From positions 6,521,363-6,585,362 of the forward strand of contig NC_083433.1 of NCBI RefSeq assembly GCF_020745735.1: a stretch of DNA of 64,000 bases, in the 5' to 3' direction. The position numbers were made by a program, and so were the translations under genes. Shown here one piece after another: positions 16,960 through 41,204 of the stretch (its first letter is position 1; every line of letters begins with the position of its first letter). The notes beneath the pieces are model-generated. The model had not been told where the DNA came from. It did not search any database and saw only the letters and a list, made by a program, of their open reading frames with translations. The stretch is from Hemiscyllium ocellatum. Taxonomy: Eukaryota.

Positions 16960-17750
16960 AAAACCTAAGAACTAGCAGCAGGAGTAGGCAGTCTGGCCCT
17001 TTGAGCCTGCTCCACCAGTCAGTAAGACCATGGCTGATCTTTTTATGGACTCTGCTCCACCTACCTACCCTCTCTCCATAATCCTTCACTCCATTAATGT
17101 TCAAAAGTTTACCTGAAAAACATTCAACGAGATAGCATCAACTGCTTCACTGGGCAGGGAATTCCACAGAACCACAACCCTTTGGGTGAAGAAGTTCCTC
17201 CTGAACCCAGTCCTGAATCTGCTCCCTCTTATTTTAAGGCAATGCCCCCTAATTCTATTTTCACACTCCAGTGGAAACAACCTCCCTGTTTTTATCTTAT
17301 CTATTCCCTTCATAAATGTTATATATGTCTCTAAGAGCCTCCAAAATTCCAATGAGTATGGTCCTAATCTATTAATCGCTCCTCCTAAAGCAACCTTCTC
17401 AATTCTGGAATTAACCTAGTGAACCTCTTGTGTATCCCCTCTATGCCACTACATCCTTTCTCAAGCAAGAAGACCAAAATTGGAGACAGTTTTTCATTTA
17501 CTCATTGTCACACAATGAGGGTATTTGGCACACCCTCTCTGTTACAGCTTTTTTTTTAAAAAAAAGAGCTGCCCAATTTGTCTCATTTCCAGATCCTTTC
17601 CTGATGGCCCTGCCATTTGAGCCCTAGAGTCATACAGCACGGCAACCAACCCTTCAGTCTAACTTGTCCATGCCAACTAAGTTTCCCAAACTAATCTAGT
17701 TCCATTTGCCTGCATTTAGCCCATATCTCTCTAAACCTATCTTATCCATG
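16960..17750 (-). mobile_element. CR1-like LINE 3' fragments
   Basis: ORF 17101-17352 reads RGHCLKIRGSRFRTGFRRNFFTQRVVVLWNSLP; second 3' tail at ~17625-17750. Confidence 0.8.
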
Positions 17751-17757
17751 CCTCTGA

Positions 17758-18050
17758 TATTAGATTAGATTACTTAGTGTGGAAACAGGCCCTTCGGCCC
17801 AACAAGTCCACACCGACCCACCGAAGCGCAACCCACCCATACTCCTACATTTACCCTTTACCCAACATTACGGGCAATTTAGCATGGCCAATTCACCTGA
17901 CCTGCATATCTTTGGACTGTGGGAGGAAACCGGAGCACCCGGAGGAAACCCACAGACACGGGGACAATGTGCAAACTCCACACAGTCAGTTGCCTAAGTC
18001 GGGAATTGAACCCGGGTCTCTGGCGCTGTGAGGCAGCATTCTAACCACTG
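17758..18050 (-). mobile_element. HE1-like V-SINE
   Basis: Reverse complement of the V-domain SINE, with a (ctaat)n-type tail. Confidence 0.85.
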
Positions 18051-18289
18051 TTCAGTCTGGTTCCCTCAACCTTTCCGAATCCTTTCTGGTTAAAATGAAC
18101 TAATTAGAACGGTCATCATTTAAACTTTAAATCCATTCACGGTGTGAAGGACACCAATAAGGATCCAGCAGGATTTGGAAATGGAAGATTCCCATCGTCT
18201 ATTGTTGTATAAGGAAACATACACGAAAGGGTTAATCTATGAGTGAACATGAAGCTCCACCCACTCTGAAGTATAGCACAGCCACTGGA

Positions 18290-18600
18290 TGAAGCATTGG
18301 CTATTTGGCAATTGGAGCAAGTCAGGTCAAATCCCAACACAGCAGATGATGCAATTTGAATTCAATAAAATAAAAAAGGACCTGGCATTACAAATTTACT
18401 GCTGACCATGTAACCATTATCGAATGTTGGTAAAAATCCATCAGCTCACCTATATCCTATTGGAAAGAAATCCACCATCCTCACCTGGTCTGGCCTACAT
18501 GTAACTCCAGAGCCACAGTAATGTGGTCGACTCTCAACTGCCCTCTGGACAATGAATGCTGGCCTAGCTAGTGATGCCCACATCCTCTGAATGAATTGAA
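18290..18600 (+). mobile_element. DeuSINE/SacSINE1-like element
   Basis: gaaagaaatccaccatcctcacctggtctggcctacatgtaactccag core and gctggcctagctagtgatgcccacatcc tail. Confidence 0.6.
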
Positions 18601-18664
18601 AATAGAAGTGGTTGTGGGACACAAGGTCTTTGTAGAGAGGCAAATATCTTCCCTGTTTACGTGA

Positions 18665-19140
18665 ATGGTGTTGTGAAACTTGAAAGAGTTCAGAAAAGAT
18701 TTAAAACAATGTTACCAGGGTTGGAGGGTTTGAGCTGTCAGGAGAGGCTGAATAGACTGGGGCTGTTGTCCCTGGAGCATCAGAGACTGAGGGGGTGACT
18801 TTACAGAGATTTATAAAATCATGAGGGGCATGGTGGGGGTAATAGACATGGTCTTTTCCTTGGGTTGATGGAGTCCAGCAGTAGAGGGCATAGGCTTAGG
18901 GTGAGAGGGGAAAAGGTATAAAAGGGACTTAAGGAACAACATTTTCACACGTGTATGGTGGTGCGTGTACAGACTGAGCTGCTGGAGGAAGTGGTGGAAG
19001 CTGGTACAATTACAGCATTTAAAAGTATCTGGATGGGTACATGAACAGGAAGGGTTTAGAGGGATAGCAACCAATTGCTGTCTAATGGGACTAGATTAAT
19101 TTAGGATATCTGGTCAGAATGGACGAATTGGACTGAAAGA
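18665..19140 (+). mobile_element. CR1-like LINE 3' fragment
   Basis: KLERVQKRF-coding start followed by the standard CR1 3' end. Confidence 0.8.
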
Positions 19141-19149
19141 AGTGCACAG

Positions 19150-19550
19150 CACAGGCACAGACCTATGACTGAGTGGAATACAAGGGTAAGTGACCGTGAG
19201 GAGGGCAGAGAAAAGGACACTATAAAAGCCTGTCTGAAGAAATGCAAAATGTCCACTGACAGAAAGGAATCACTTGCCCTCAAAATGCACAAACTGGAGA
19301 AACAACATCCATGAAGACACTAACCACACTGAGAGAAAACCAAGTACCAGTAGCAGAAAGAGCAGGCAGTATCCAGAGGGTCTCACCCCTCCTCCTCCAC
19401 ACCCAGACCTCCCCAGACACCACCTGACCCCACTTGGGACACATTCTGCACCTCCAGGATTGGTCTGTTCAACCATCGTACAACCCACACTGCCAGAAGA
19501 AAGCAAGTTATTCTCAACCCTGAAGGACTACCAATGAAGAAGAGTTATGT
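19150..19550 (+). mobile_element. RTE-clade LINE 3' fragment
   Basis: Decayed KDTIKACLKKCKMSTD..ESLA...WRNNIHE, resembling the RTE ORF C-terminus. Confidence 0.5.
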
Positions 19551-20696
19551 AATAAAATACTTAAGGTAAGGAGAGACTTTTTGTCATTCATCCTGCACCA
19601 CAGCTTTTGAAACCATCCCTTTAACTGGCATCAAAGGGAGAATTGGTGACAATAAACACAGGTGGTTAGTATCTAGGTACCAAGATACAACAGGTTTGAA
19701 ATGGATGTTGCACCCAAACATAAACAGATTGTTTAATGGAGGAGCTGTTGGTTTGGGGGGGGGGGGGAGAAAAGAGAGGAGGTTTATAAGTTGATGGAAC
19801 AGGTCTGCAAAGCGGAGTATCTAAATTGCTTCGGTCATGACAATGGATCAAAATCCCTGTCTACTTACAGACAGATTGAACTTTTCATGAGAATGTGCTT
19901 TTGAAAAGAGGACGTACAGCCAACAGTTGACTAGATTTAGATTCAGTGACTGGCAAAGACCTGAGAGAAAGCATGGAATGTCATACCAGAAAAAGCTACT
20001 CAGAAAACCTCAAACAGCAACACCTCAAAGGGAAAGATGCCGTTGAAAACAAGCTAGACACTGATCCTCTGTGGCTATAACAGTAATGAGGGGTTGAATA
20101 TCCCTCAACAGAAAGCCAACTCCTGAAGATCATGCCTCACTTAACTTTCCAAGTTATGAAAAGGGTTAAATATGTATTGTAGTGCCTTATGTTAATGGGC
20201 TGTAAAGATCACAACCTAAGAACAGGTTTTAGAACTCCCACCTCCCTTCTCTTCCCTCCGTCAATGCTGCAGCTAAGAGATTGAACCTCACTGTGGTGGA
20301 AGCAGAAATCACCATTGATAAGAAAACAACACAAAGGTCTTCCAACAAATGCACAAAGCTAGGTCTCTTGAAATAAACTGCTTCAAGAGTATCACGATTA
20401 CACTCTAAAAAGTGGCCAATGTTTCACATACTCTTCACAGAAGAAGAATGATACATAAACCTTCAAAGGAATTTCTTCTACGAGAGAGTGGTTAATGGGT
20501 AGAATTCATTCCTAGAGGGCTGTGGAAACCAGGTCATGGAGGGTGTTTCAGACAGAAATGGATAGGTTTTTCATTAAGGGGAAATCAAGGACTGCAAGGA
20601 AAAGGCAGGAGAATGAGATTGAGAAACATGCTTGAATGGGAGAGTTGATTCAGTGGGCTGAATGACCTAATTCTTCTCCTAATCTTGAATTTACTT

Positions 20697-20909
20697 AAAA
20701 ATCTCACTACCAGGTTATAGTCCAACAGGTTTAATTGGAAGCACACTAGCTTTCAGAGTGACGCTCCTTTATCAGGTGATTGTGGAGGGCTCCATTGTAA
20801 CACCACCGCTCCGAAAGCTAGTGTGCTTCCAATTAAACCTGTTGGACTATAACCTGGTGTTGTGTGATTTTTAAACTTTGTACACCCCAGTCCAACACTG
20901 GCATCTGCA
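20697..20909. repeat. Palindromic Penelope-related insertion with 16-bp TSD
   Basis: Arm caggttatagtccaacaggtttaattggaagcacactagcttt and its reverse complement; TSD aatcttgaatttactt at 20681-20696 and 20910-20925. Confidence 0.8.
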
Positions 20910-22045
20910 AATCTTGAATTTACTTGGTAAATTTCTTAGCTACTGAGCACAATGACCTTTTTGGTTTAGAGCCTGATTAATTTGTCTCCTTTGAAAAGCA
21001 AGGTATTTGTGCCAGTAAAAGGTGTCAAGGGATAATGGTATTGGTGACCCACCCAGAAGTTGGTTTATCCCTTCTCTCCTGAAGGATGAATATCTGATCA
21101 GGAATAACCATGGCTTAAAAAAGGGCACCTGCCCAGTAAATGGTTACAGCATATCAGGGAATTGGAGGGAGGGGTTAGAGAACAGTGCACAGCCAGAATT
21201 AGACCACAGACCAAGGAAAAAGAATTGTTCAGGAAAGCATATTGAAGTTAAAAAAAATGCAGCTGTGAAGTGGGAAGCTTCCCACATTTGAAGTTAGTGC
21301 TTTCCTAGCAGCATAGGGGACTCTGCCTCTAAACCCTGAAAAACCAGTCACTTGGACAGTTGATAGCACCCTAACCTAATCTTACAAAATGTAGATTTTT
21401 GGGTGAAGTCTTTAAGATCTGATATAGATCCTGGACTAGTGGTTAACAGGCTGACCTTCCACAGAAGAGAGCCATCCTAGTGATACTAAAGTCAGTCAAA
21501 CTCTCCAACCTTCAATGGATGATCATTCTCAATTTGGTCAAAGATTAGGTTCGGTGGAAATATGGAATAAGATTGGTCCTTATCTTATTGCATGGCAATT
21601 AGCCTTGAAAATATTCTATTAGCTAATGGGCTGTTGCATTGCAATCAGTAAACTTTAGGCTACACTGAGCTGAGATATTAGTGGTCACAGCTAAGTTTGT
21701 GCTTTGTATTTTAAACAAATAGCTGAAGTTAATCATTAGAGCAACAGGAAATAGTCAAGCATTCAGGTTTCAACATCCCAGACAGGAACTCCCAATAATG
21801 CTCAGAAATTAACATTGATTAATATTAGAAGGTTAGCTGGAACAGTGGGTCTTCCCAGCTTGTAGAGGGTAACATTTTCAGATTTTGCTTTCAAAAAAAA
21901 CCAAAACAAGTGTTTAGACTACAGGTAGTGAACATTTATTCACTGTAGATAGTTTCACAATATATCCCAGGTCACCACTAGAAGTCAGGCCATTCATCTC
22001 TACAGCATAGCCCAACAATAGTCTCAGTCCCTGCAGTCAGTTCAG

Positions 22046-24490
<2,445 letters not shown>

Positions 24491-24845
24491 ATACAGAGAA
24501 GTTTGGGAAATTCATCTCATTGATGTCACTGCTTTTGAGTTCCATGACCTTCTTCCAATATTGAAATGTCTCGTTGTTCAACACTCTAGTTTAAGCTTAA
24601 TAACAAGTTACTACTTTTACTGATGATGCTTTGCTGGTCAAGTTTTTTTTACTTGCGAGGAGCTGTGAAACTAATGCAACAACCGTAGCAAATCAAGTTG
24701 CCTTAAGGGGATTTGCAAACCAGCCACTGGACAGAGAAATGGAAATGTGAGAATGAGAGGGAGTGAATGTTACTTAATAGTATGTCACCCACAGACTCAA
24801 TCCCCCATTGGCTGCAGTGAGTTTGGGGACAGACGCGACGGAGCA

Positions 24846-25326
24846 TTCACAAGGATGGTCCCTGGAATGGTAGGCCTAACATACGATGAACAGCTGAGGA
24901 TCCTGGGATTGTATTCGTTAGAGTTTAGAAGGTTGACAGGAGATCTAATAGAAACTTACAAGATAATGAATGGCTTAGAAAGGGTGGACGCTGGGAAATT
25001 GTTTCCTTCCGGCGGGGATACTAGGACTCGTGGGCACAGTCTTAAGATTACAGGGGGTCAATTTAAAATGGAAATGAGGAGATATTTCTTCACCCAGAGA
25101 GTGGTGGGCCTGTGGAATTCATTGCCATGGTACGCTGTGGAGGCTGGGACGTTAAATGTCTTCAAGGCAGAGATTGATAAATTCTTAATCTCGCAAGGAA
25201 TTAAGGGATACGGGGAGAGTGCGGGTAAGTGGCGTTGAAATGCCCATCAGCCATGATTGAATGGTGGAGCGGAATCGATGGGCTGAATGGCTTTACTTCC
25301 ACTCCTATTTCTTATGGTCTTCTTAT
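24846..25326 (+). mobile_element. Relatively young CR1-like LINE 3' fragment
   Basis: Open ORF2 C-terminus (FTRMVPGM...GLYSLEFRRLTGDLIETYKIM...FFTQRVVGLWNSLP); interrupts an upstream block that is uninterrupted at F3 and F5. Confidence 0.88.
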
Positions 25327-25989
25327 GCAGCAGCTGGCCTTTTCCTGGCCGACAGCGTTGTTTGATCGATGAGTCCTTTTCTGGTCGACTTTCAATGTGG
25401 CTGAGGAATATTCGAACCAGATTGAAATATTAAGACACAATTGTTCTCGAATTCTTTGGCTTATCATTGATTTGTGGGCATAAAGTGTGGCAATGTAGCT
25501 CATTGTGACAATTGCTACCCTTCGGATCTTTCCAATGAATCCCAGTTCCCTTATCTTTCTCACATTTCATTAAATGTCTACGATCTAATTCCCTCTGGAG
25601 AGTTCTTATTGAATATACTTCCAACATCCTTCCAGGCTCTGCATTTCCGATCATAATGACTCATTGTTTAAGATGAATTCTCTTCATCTCTACCTCTGCT
25701 TCCTTTCTTTCACATTACTGTTTCTCTGAGATCACATGTTAATAGCTGATTTTTAAACAGAAGTGTTTCAGTCCATGAGCAGGTGTTCCAAGGGATTAGC
25801 TCCAACTTAGATGGGATGCCTGTGATATTTGCATTAGTTTCTGTGTTGACTTTGGTGTTCAGCATGTGTTTGTCAATTTTCTTTGGATATGCAATGTTAT
25901 AAGCTTCTAGTCCATAAAGTGGAATCTATTGCCCTCCAGAACACATCCCTCTAAGAGTTTTTGATTTCCCACCTGAACTTCCCGTGGGA

Positions 25990-27120
25990 ACATTGAACAT
26001 TACAACGCAGTACAGATCCTTCAGCCCTCGATGTTGCGCCAACCTATGGAACCAATTTGAAGCCCATCTATCCTATCACTCTTCCATTTTCAGCCATATG
26101 TTTATTGAATGATCATTTAAATGCCCTTAAAGTTGGCGAGTCTACTACTGTTACAGGCAGTGCGTTCCATGTCTCAACTACTCTCTGAGTAAAGAAACTA
26201 CCTCTGACTTCTGTCCCACATCCATCGCCCCTCAATTTAAAGCTATGTCCCCTCGTACTAGTCATCACCATCCAAGGGAAAAGACTCTCACTGTCCACTC
26301 TATATCTAACTCTCTGGTTATTTTATATAGAACATAGAACAGTACAGCACAGAACAGGCCCTTCAGCCCACGATGTTGTGCCGACCACTGATCCTCATGT
26401 ATGCACTGTCAAATTTCTGTGACCATATGCATGTCCAGCAGTCTCTTAAACGTCCCCAATGACCTTGCTTCCACAACTGCTGCTGGCAACGCATTCCATG
26501 CTCTCACAATTCTCTGTGTGAAGAACCCACCTCTGACATCCCCTCTATACTTCTCTCCGACCAGCTTAAAACTATGATCCCTCAATTAAGTCACCACTCA
26601 ACCTTCTCTCTCTAATGAAAACAGCCAGATATCCCTCAGCCTTTCCTCATAAGACCTTCCCTCCATACTAGGCAACATCCTAGCAAATCTCCTCTGAACC
26701 CTTTCCAAAGCTTCCACATACTTCCCATAATGCAGTGACCAGAACTGTATGCAATACTCTAAATGTGGCCACACCAGAGTTTTATACAGCTGCAGCATGA
26801 CCTCATGGCTCCAAAATTTAATCCTTCTGCCAATAAAAGCTAATACACACAATCCTATCAACCTGGTGGCAACTTTCAGGGATCTATGTACATGGATACC
26901 GAGATCTCTCTGCTCATCTACACTACAAGAATCTTACCATTAGCCCAGTACTCTGCATTCCTGTTACTCCTTCCAAAGTGAATCACCTCACACTTTTCCA
27001 CATTAAACTCCATTTGCCACCTCTCAGCCCAGCTCTGCAGCTTATCTATGTCCCTCTGTAACCTACAACATCCTTCTGCACTGTCCACAACACCACCAAC
27101 CTTAGTGTCATCCACAAATG
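25990..27120 (-). mobile_element. CR1-like LINE fragment with nested second CR1 3' piece (~26327-26580)
   Basis: FVDDTKVGG, LEYCIQFWS and FFTQRVVETWNALP motifs in the minus-strand ORFs. Confidence 0.88.
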
Positions 27121-29597
27121 TAGTATGTATATCCATTTATCACCAGTACACAGTAAATCTTTTTACAAACATTCATCTCAAGTGCTGAAAGGATCATGTA
27201 AAAAACTTAGATAAAAAAAACTATCTTTTTATGATTATATTAATTTTATTCAAGTAGGACTAGTTTAGTTTGGGAACATGGTCAGTGTGGAATAGTAGGA
27301 TCGAAGGGTCTGTTTCCTTGCTGTTTGACTCTATAAGTGTTTGACTTTGTCCACACAGTGAGTCACATTCACAATATGAAAACAAGGCTCTCGCACTCTG
27401 AAACATCAACCTGGTCAGTCTGACTGCTAACCTCACATATGAATTTATGCTTATGCAGCTCTCTGACAAACAGCCTCTTGTGTTGCATATTCCTTAGTTC
27501 ATTTGTGTCTTATTCTAGCCTTTGCTTGCTTCTCTGGAATCAAATTTCTTGCCTGATGTCCATTTATACAATGAGACTTGCAAAGATCATGGATCTCAGG
27601 GCAGCTTTGCAATGTTAACAGACAAACCATGGTTACGCACAGCTTGCTTTGTCAGCATCCAGCTTGGAAGTATTGTCAACCACATCTAGTCATTGATCAG
27701 CTACAATGGCTTCATACTTCCTGCCGTCTTTAAGCAGAGTATTGATGTCATGACCTTTCTATTTTTCTGAAGTCTTTTTAAGAATGGTTCAAAAGTTACG
27801 ACTAGCTCCATTCTTCTTTCAGAAAGCCTACCCACCATAAAAACCATCCTTTCCCCTGTCTCAGACAGTCCCACAAACTGGACAATTGATTTTGTGTGAC
27901 AGTGGCCTGTTAAAATATCCAGATTGTGAATTTTAAAGTTTACTTCTCCATTGAGTTTTTTTTCTGCATGTCCCACAGTTTAGTAGGATCACATTAATCT
28001 TCTAAAGAATATTCAGATGTTGAATCTGTGCAACCCCTTGTCCCCAGTGGTCTTAATTTTCACTGCTTGGTGATCTGGCTGTATGACAGCCAGCTCTAAA
28101 AGGTGGAGCTCCATTTTATTTAGAATATGGAAATTCAGAAAGGATGTCTGTGACCTCCAACTCACACTAAGTAGATTAGGATAACGTTTTTGATGCTATC
28201 ACTTTAAAATGCTACTTATAGCCTGTTAGGCTGTGTTGGGGGAAAAGCAATCCCTACTCAAAAGGTTTTGGTAAAAATCAAGATACTGCTATTAGTGCAG
28301 TTTGATGTAAACGTAACATTTGAAATACTTAGTCTTGTGGAAACTTTCTCCCATGATATTCAAGCTGGAATGCTGCTTTTCTTTCTTCCAACAATAAAGC
28401 ACATGGCTTTTGCTTGATCAGTAAATACCTAATGGTTTACTTTGTTGTTTGTAACTGAAAGTTTCAACTTTTAGAACCTTTGACAGCATGGCCCCTTGGG
28501 TGGAGGCACATCACGGTTAATCATGTGTGAATACACCAATAATTCATGTAAACCTGATCAAGTGCTTAAACCAAAAGACTGACAATTTGGGAGCTATCCC
28601 GATCACTAATCATTACAACAGCTAATAAGTACATGATCTGGAAACTGTGGCTCTTCACTACTTTCCTCAGTTTGGGGGGTGGGGAAGAATATAAGAAAAA
28701 AGTAAATAATTGAGGAGAATTTATTGGGTCTAGAAGTATCTGTGGGGAAAAAAGTTAGCCTACATTCTGTCCAAGATGCTGCAGCTCTTCAGAGCTGCTC
28801 CCCCAAGGTGCTACAAACCTGTTGCATTTCATTTGCATCAAGATCAGATTTCCAGTATTTCACTTGCCCAGAGAGCAGTAGGATATTTGGATTAATGACC
28901 TGTCTCAAGGCATTCCACTCCTAATTCCATGTTCAATTTTAGATGTCGCACCCAAAAGAGATACAATTATTGTCTCTGTGGGCAGGAGATGCTGAAAGAT
29001 TCAAGGCACTGTTCCTTCTGCAATTCTTAACCATGAATATCTGGGGAATTGATATTGATGCAAGAAAAATATTCAGGATCAAGGGCAACAGTCCAGGTTT
29101 TGATCTCAGATCCAATCCAGTCAGCATTAGCCCAAATGTTTTTTGGGATTTTTTTTTTTAAAAAAGCCAACACTAGTTAACAGCTCAACAGGTTGATTTG
29201 AAAGCACTAGCTTTCTGAGTGCTACTCCATCAGGTGATTGTGGAGATTTTTGGGGGTTGGGGCAGGGAGTGATCTGGCTGCTCACCATTCAGGTGGAAAT
29301 TTTAGTCCAAAGAAAAAAAAATGCACTGAACAGTTTACATGGGTGACATAACATTCTATGATTGCAACATAGAAAAATGCCAAAGAGAGAGTTGAGTATT
29401 TTTAAAATTTTTGCAGCAAACTCATGATAAAACTGAAGTAGCCCAGTGTACTTACTTGTCTTGTGTTTAAGAACAGGCACCCATTTAACACCATCTTGTC
29501 TATTGAGCAGTTTATTTAATGTTGAGCTGTCATTAACATCAAGCCAAATCTGTCATTACAGGACAATTTCAACTACACAAGCTAAGTACTAAACAGT

Positions 29598-31810
<2,213 letters not shown>

Positions 31811-34131
31811 CTGCAGAGAAATTTGGGAAATTAGATCTGATGATATCATTGAAGTTTTCATAATCTGCAAAGATCTCAATGTTTAATACCCTGGAACTAC
31901 AACTTTCAATTTAATGAAAACATATTACTTTTGCTGGGGCAGCTTTTCATAACCTGGTCATGTTTGTTACTTGTGAGGAGTTGAGAAGCTGACACAATAC
32001 TCAAAGTAATGAAGCTATCTTGAATTCAAGTTGAATTTGCAAATCAGGTATTGGATAGAGAAATGGAAATGTGAGACTGAGAGGGAATGAATGTGACTGT
32101 AGCCAGTGTCACCCACAGACTCATTCCACATTGGCTGCAGTGGGGTTAGGGACAGGCTCAATGGAGCAGCTGGTCTTTTCCTGCCCGTCTGTATTGTTTG
32201 TTCGATGAGTCCTTTTCCATTGACATTCAATGTGGCTGAGGAATATTTTCTAATTGATCTGTTCAGAGATTTTATTGTATACCTCTGGAGCAGATGAGCC
32301 TTGAGCCGGTGCCTCCTATCTCTAATGTCAGAACATTACCACTGTCCTACAAAAGCTTCTTTGTGGTCACAAAGGATCATATGCAAACTGATAGGCATCA
32401 CGTAATCACTCAGTTTCCAAGAGAAATGTTGATTGAGACCTGAATTTACTGTGACTGGGGGGAAAATGATTGGTCTTATCTACAAGAACTCAGAATTCAG
32501 TATTTACCTTTAGGGACAGTGATAAGAATTGCCATTTTGTGTTGGAGGATTTTGATAGTAACCTCCTTGTAAGATGCAAAATTAATACTAATCTCCTTGG
32601 CCTTCACAGCATTTCTTAAGCAAGTTCCTGAAGTGAATGGTTAAACATTGGATAGTTCCAGTTGTAAAAAAGATGAAAACATTGACAGCATGAAGGAAAA
32701 TGGTGATCCGGTAGAGTGGAGGACAAATTAATGTGTGATGACACTCCATGTAAACATTACAGTTTGTTATGTTGGGGTTTTGTTAATGGAGAGAACGACT
32801 GTAAAGTGAGTTAACTTGAGTTTGATAGCTTTTAACTCCCCTTCAAAGCTACTGCTTGAGATTTAATTAGGAGTTTTAAAGAAACAACTTTACAATCAAT
32901 TTTCAACACAGATTTCCACTTGGCTCTTTCAAGAATAAAATGTGCCAGTCAAGGAAGCTTAATAGAACACTGGCCTCAAATCTTCTTGCTAAAAGGTTGT
33001 TATACAAAACCCTGATTATACCCTCCACCCCCCTTGGAGCAGTGAACAGATCTGGGTATCATAACTTGAATAGATTGACATTGGAAGAGAGTGTAGGCTT
33101 ACAAGAATGGCACTGGAATGTCAGGTGTTGATTTATGGAAGGGAGATTATACAATCCCTCCTTGTTTTCCCCAAGTATTTACATGGGATAGGTGGTAATC
33201 TGAAGTCAGATCACAGGAAAGACAAAACAAATTATTTCAATTTGTAATCCCTGGGTTGTTGATTCTAGAACGAGTGCTATTGTCTGAGAATTAGTACCAC
33301 TGTTCAGTAGAGTGGTTAGGAAACACTTCTGCAGCAAGTCAAGCTGGAGATTTTGTAAACTTTTCCACTAAGAAATTGTTTTGTTAATTTTGGACTTGTT
33401 AAAAGAAAAATGTGGAAGACATATGGAGCTAGGCCATAGATCAGCTTGAAGTGGTAGACTAGGCTCAAATGACTGCATGGGCCTACATGTAAAGAACTCC
33501 AAGCCCCAGGTGATTCTATAAACTACTCTGCACAGGATTTCATGAATATTATAATCAGAGGGATCCACCATTCTATGAAGGGTCATAACCTGAAACATTA
33601 GAGAAAAATCAGCCAGATGCTATTAGCCCAGCTTTTAGAGCTGCATCTGTTTGTACTGCAAGGGTATTTCACTCTAGCACTATTCTTTCGTGAGAATGCT
33701 AACACTCCTGGCTTCACTAGGTCAGTTTCTCATTGACTGAGGAGAATTTCAGCAGCTTGTTTTCAAGCAGCTAGTGTTTCCTAAACCCACTACCATCTAA
33801 GACTGGAATCTGTCCCATGCCCTCTAGGAGAAAGGCACTACACAAATTCAAGTTGGTGAATTGCAATTGGATTAAGTAACCTTCTGCAATGCAATTAAGC
33901 AAACTAGGACTTTGTTATGTCATAACCATATCTTGATGTGTTCACTTAAAGTGAATATCTTCACTTTGGTGTTGAAAGAGAATTAGCAGCTATTGAAAAC
34001 AAAATCCAGTCTTTGAAAGTTTTATTGAGTTAGTGATCAGAACACTTGAATCCCAGGTCTCCCAGCTCTACATCTCAGCATGTTTTAAACATCTAGAAAA
34101 ACATTAAGCTCACTCCCTGCAGTCAGTTCAG

Positions 34132-38900
<4,769 letters not shown>

Positions 38901-39055
38901 TTCTACTAGAACACAGCTTTCTAACTCCTAACTCATACACTTGGGTCAAAGTCACTAGCCCCGCCTTTTATAGCAAGATTGCCATTTCAGCTGGTCATTG
39001 ACCACTCCCAGTAACCAATCAGAGCTCCATACTCATCAAAAGGCACCAATCACAA
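38901..39055 (-). promoter_or_regulatory. F6 promoter (distinct type with canonical TATA)
   Basis: TATAAAA at 38972-38966, adjacent GGCGGGGC, CCAAT at 39015-39019 and 39046-39050; leader not alignable to those of the other copies. Confidence 0.65.
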
Positions 39056-39319
39056 GATGCAATGGACATCTTGGACCAGAAAACATTTTTTGGTGATGGA
39101 TTCTGATTGGATGATTATTCTGACTGCCTGCTTCTCTTCCGAAACTTTGCAGTTGCTTGGATAGTCCTGGATAGAAGCTGCATTCACCAATAAACCTATC
39201 ACCAACTGTGGCCTGTATATACTGTATCTGGGATTTGGAATGTCTTGCATCAATATTATGTTCCTGACTTTACAGGGAAAGTACCCTTTTTGTTATAATG
39301 GCAATTTATCCTCATCCTT

Positions 39320-39705
39320 AAAAATCACACATCACCAGGTTATAGTCCAACAGGTTTATTTGGAAATATAAGCTTTTGGAACATCGCTCCTTCATCAGGT
39401 ACCGAGTGGGGCAGGATCATAGGACACAGTCATACAACTGATGCTGTGTATTGAACAAGCCTAGGTTGCTATTAAGTCATTAATCACTTCGAATAGGGAT
39501 GCAGGTTTCAAATTAATTAATATGTAAATCCCAGAATTTATTTCAAGTCACAGTCCTGAGACAACTTAGACAACTTTTATCAGTATTTAAAAAAGTGACA
39601 TCACAGCTCAAACAATGCATTAAAGGTGTGAGGTTAGAATCTGTCTGTAACCCAACCTTGAGTCAGACTGCTTCTATTTCCAAAGCAGGAATTTATAAAA
39701 TGTCC
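39320..39705 (+). repeat. Single arm of the Penelope-related foldback family
   Basis: Begins aaaatcacacatcaccaggttatagtccaacaggtttatttggaa, as at 20697 and 35794. Confidence 0.6.
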
Positions 39706-41204
39706 TCATATTGTCATCTTATTAGTTGATTGGATGAACCCAAAGGGATATTTCACTACAGTCCCACACTGGTCTTGGTCATTTGATACATGGAAAATCT
39801 ACAGGACTTTCCCATAGTTCAGCTTCTAGTCTTGGCCATCTCCTGACCCAGGCACAGCAGAATTGTGGGGACCGGTTAGCCCAGCTGCCTAAGTTCCATT
39901 CTGCAGCTTTGGCTGTGCTGAAGTGTCCCTGATCATGGGCCATACAATACATTGAACACTTGGGATTCCTGTGATTAATGTGCACAGCACAGACTGGACT
40001 GCAGGCTGGCAAGAGGGAGGGAAATCATCCTTTGATAGCTCTTTAATGCTGGTTTAATTATTAGTGTGTCATGTTTCTATTGCTCACCACCCACTAAAAA
40101 ATAGGCACTTAGTGGTTCACCAAAAGAAATCTGATTGCAGCTTGAACATGGGGAGGGGTGACGTAGTGGTAATGTCACTGGGCCAGAGCCAGTCTATAAC
40201 AAGGAGGCTTTTGGGCAATTATTTGTTTGAAATTAATGTGCAGCGGTGTGGGGATAAAAAGAGGAGATTGGCACCAGGTGATGTTTAGCTCGAGAAGCTG
40301 AAAGGCCTACTCCTGCTCCCAGTTCTTACATTCTAATGTTCAAATTGGCGGGATGGGAGTGTGTCTGGCTAGGCCATCTGAAGTTGCCCTTGAAACGTTG
40401 GTGGTGATCTGTCTCCTTGAACCACTGTAGCCCCTGTGGTACAGCCACAATGCTGTTGGGGAAGGGGTTACAGGATTTTGACCTGGTGACAATGTTAAAA
40501 TGGTGATACCATTCTAAGTCGGGCAAGTAAGTGACTTGGAAAGGAACTTGTCAATGGTGGTGGATCAAAGTGTACCCCGCCCTTCAATGATGTTGAGGTT
40601 GTGGATCTGGAAGGTGCTGTCAATAGAGCCTTGATGAGTTGCTGCAGTGCATCTTGGAGAATGGTATCCTCTGCCGCTAATGTGTAACCAAAGGAGTGAA
40701 TATTCACATTGGGGGATGGCAAACCTTAGTGCTGCCTAAGTTTTGAGCTGCTAGATTTCAGCATAATGTAAATACCATACCACAAGATGAAGTGCAGTGG
40801 TCACTCTGACCAACTGTGTCATGAGGATCTGGATTTCTGTCAGGTAGCTTGGTAATGATAAGGTTTTTCTCTTGTGTTGATTCCTGCGCCATCTACTGTG
40901 ACCCAATCTGGCACATGAAACGCTTGTGCTATGGAAATACTCAATGATAGATATTGAGGTTCTCCACCAAGAGTGCATTCTGTTCCTTTCCTACCCCCAG
41001 TTTTTCTTCTAAGTGATGTTCAACCTGGTGGACTCATCAGCTATAGGTGGTAGTCAACAGGAGATATCCTTGCCCAAGTTTGATCCAATGACATTGGACT
41101 GCACTGAGGACTCTCAGGGTCACTCGGTTCTGACTCTGTGTCATTGTGTTGCCCCTTCTGGTAAGTCTGGTCACTGGACAGGACATAGCCAGGGCTAGAG
41201 GTAG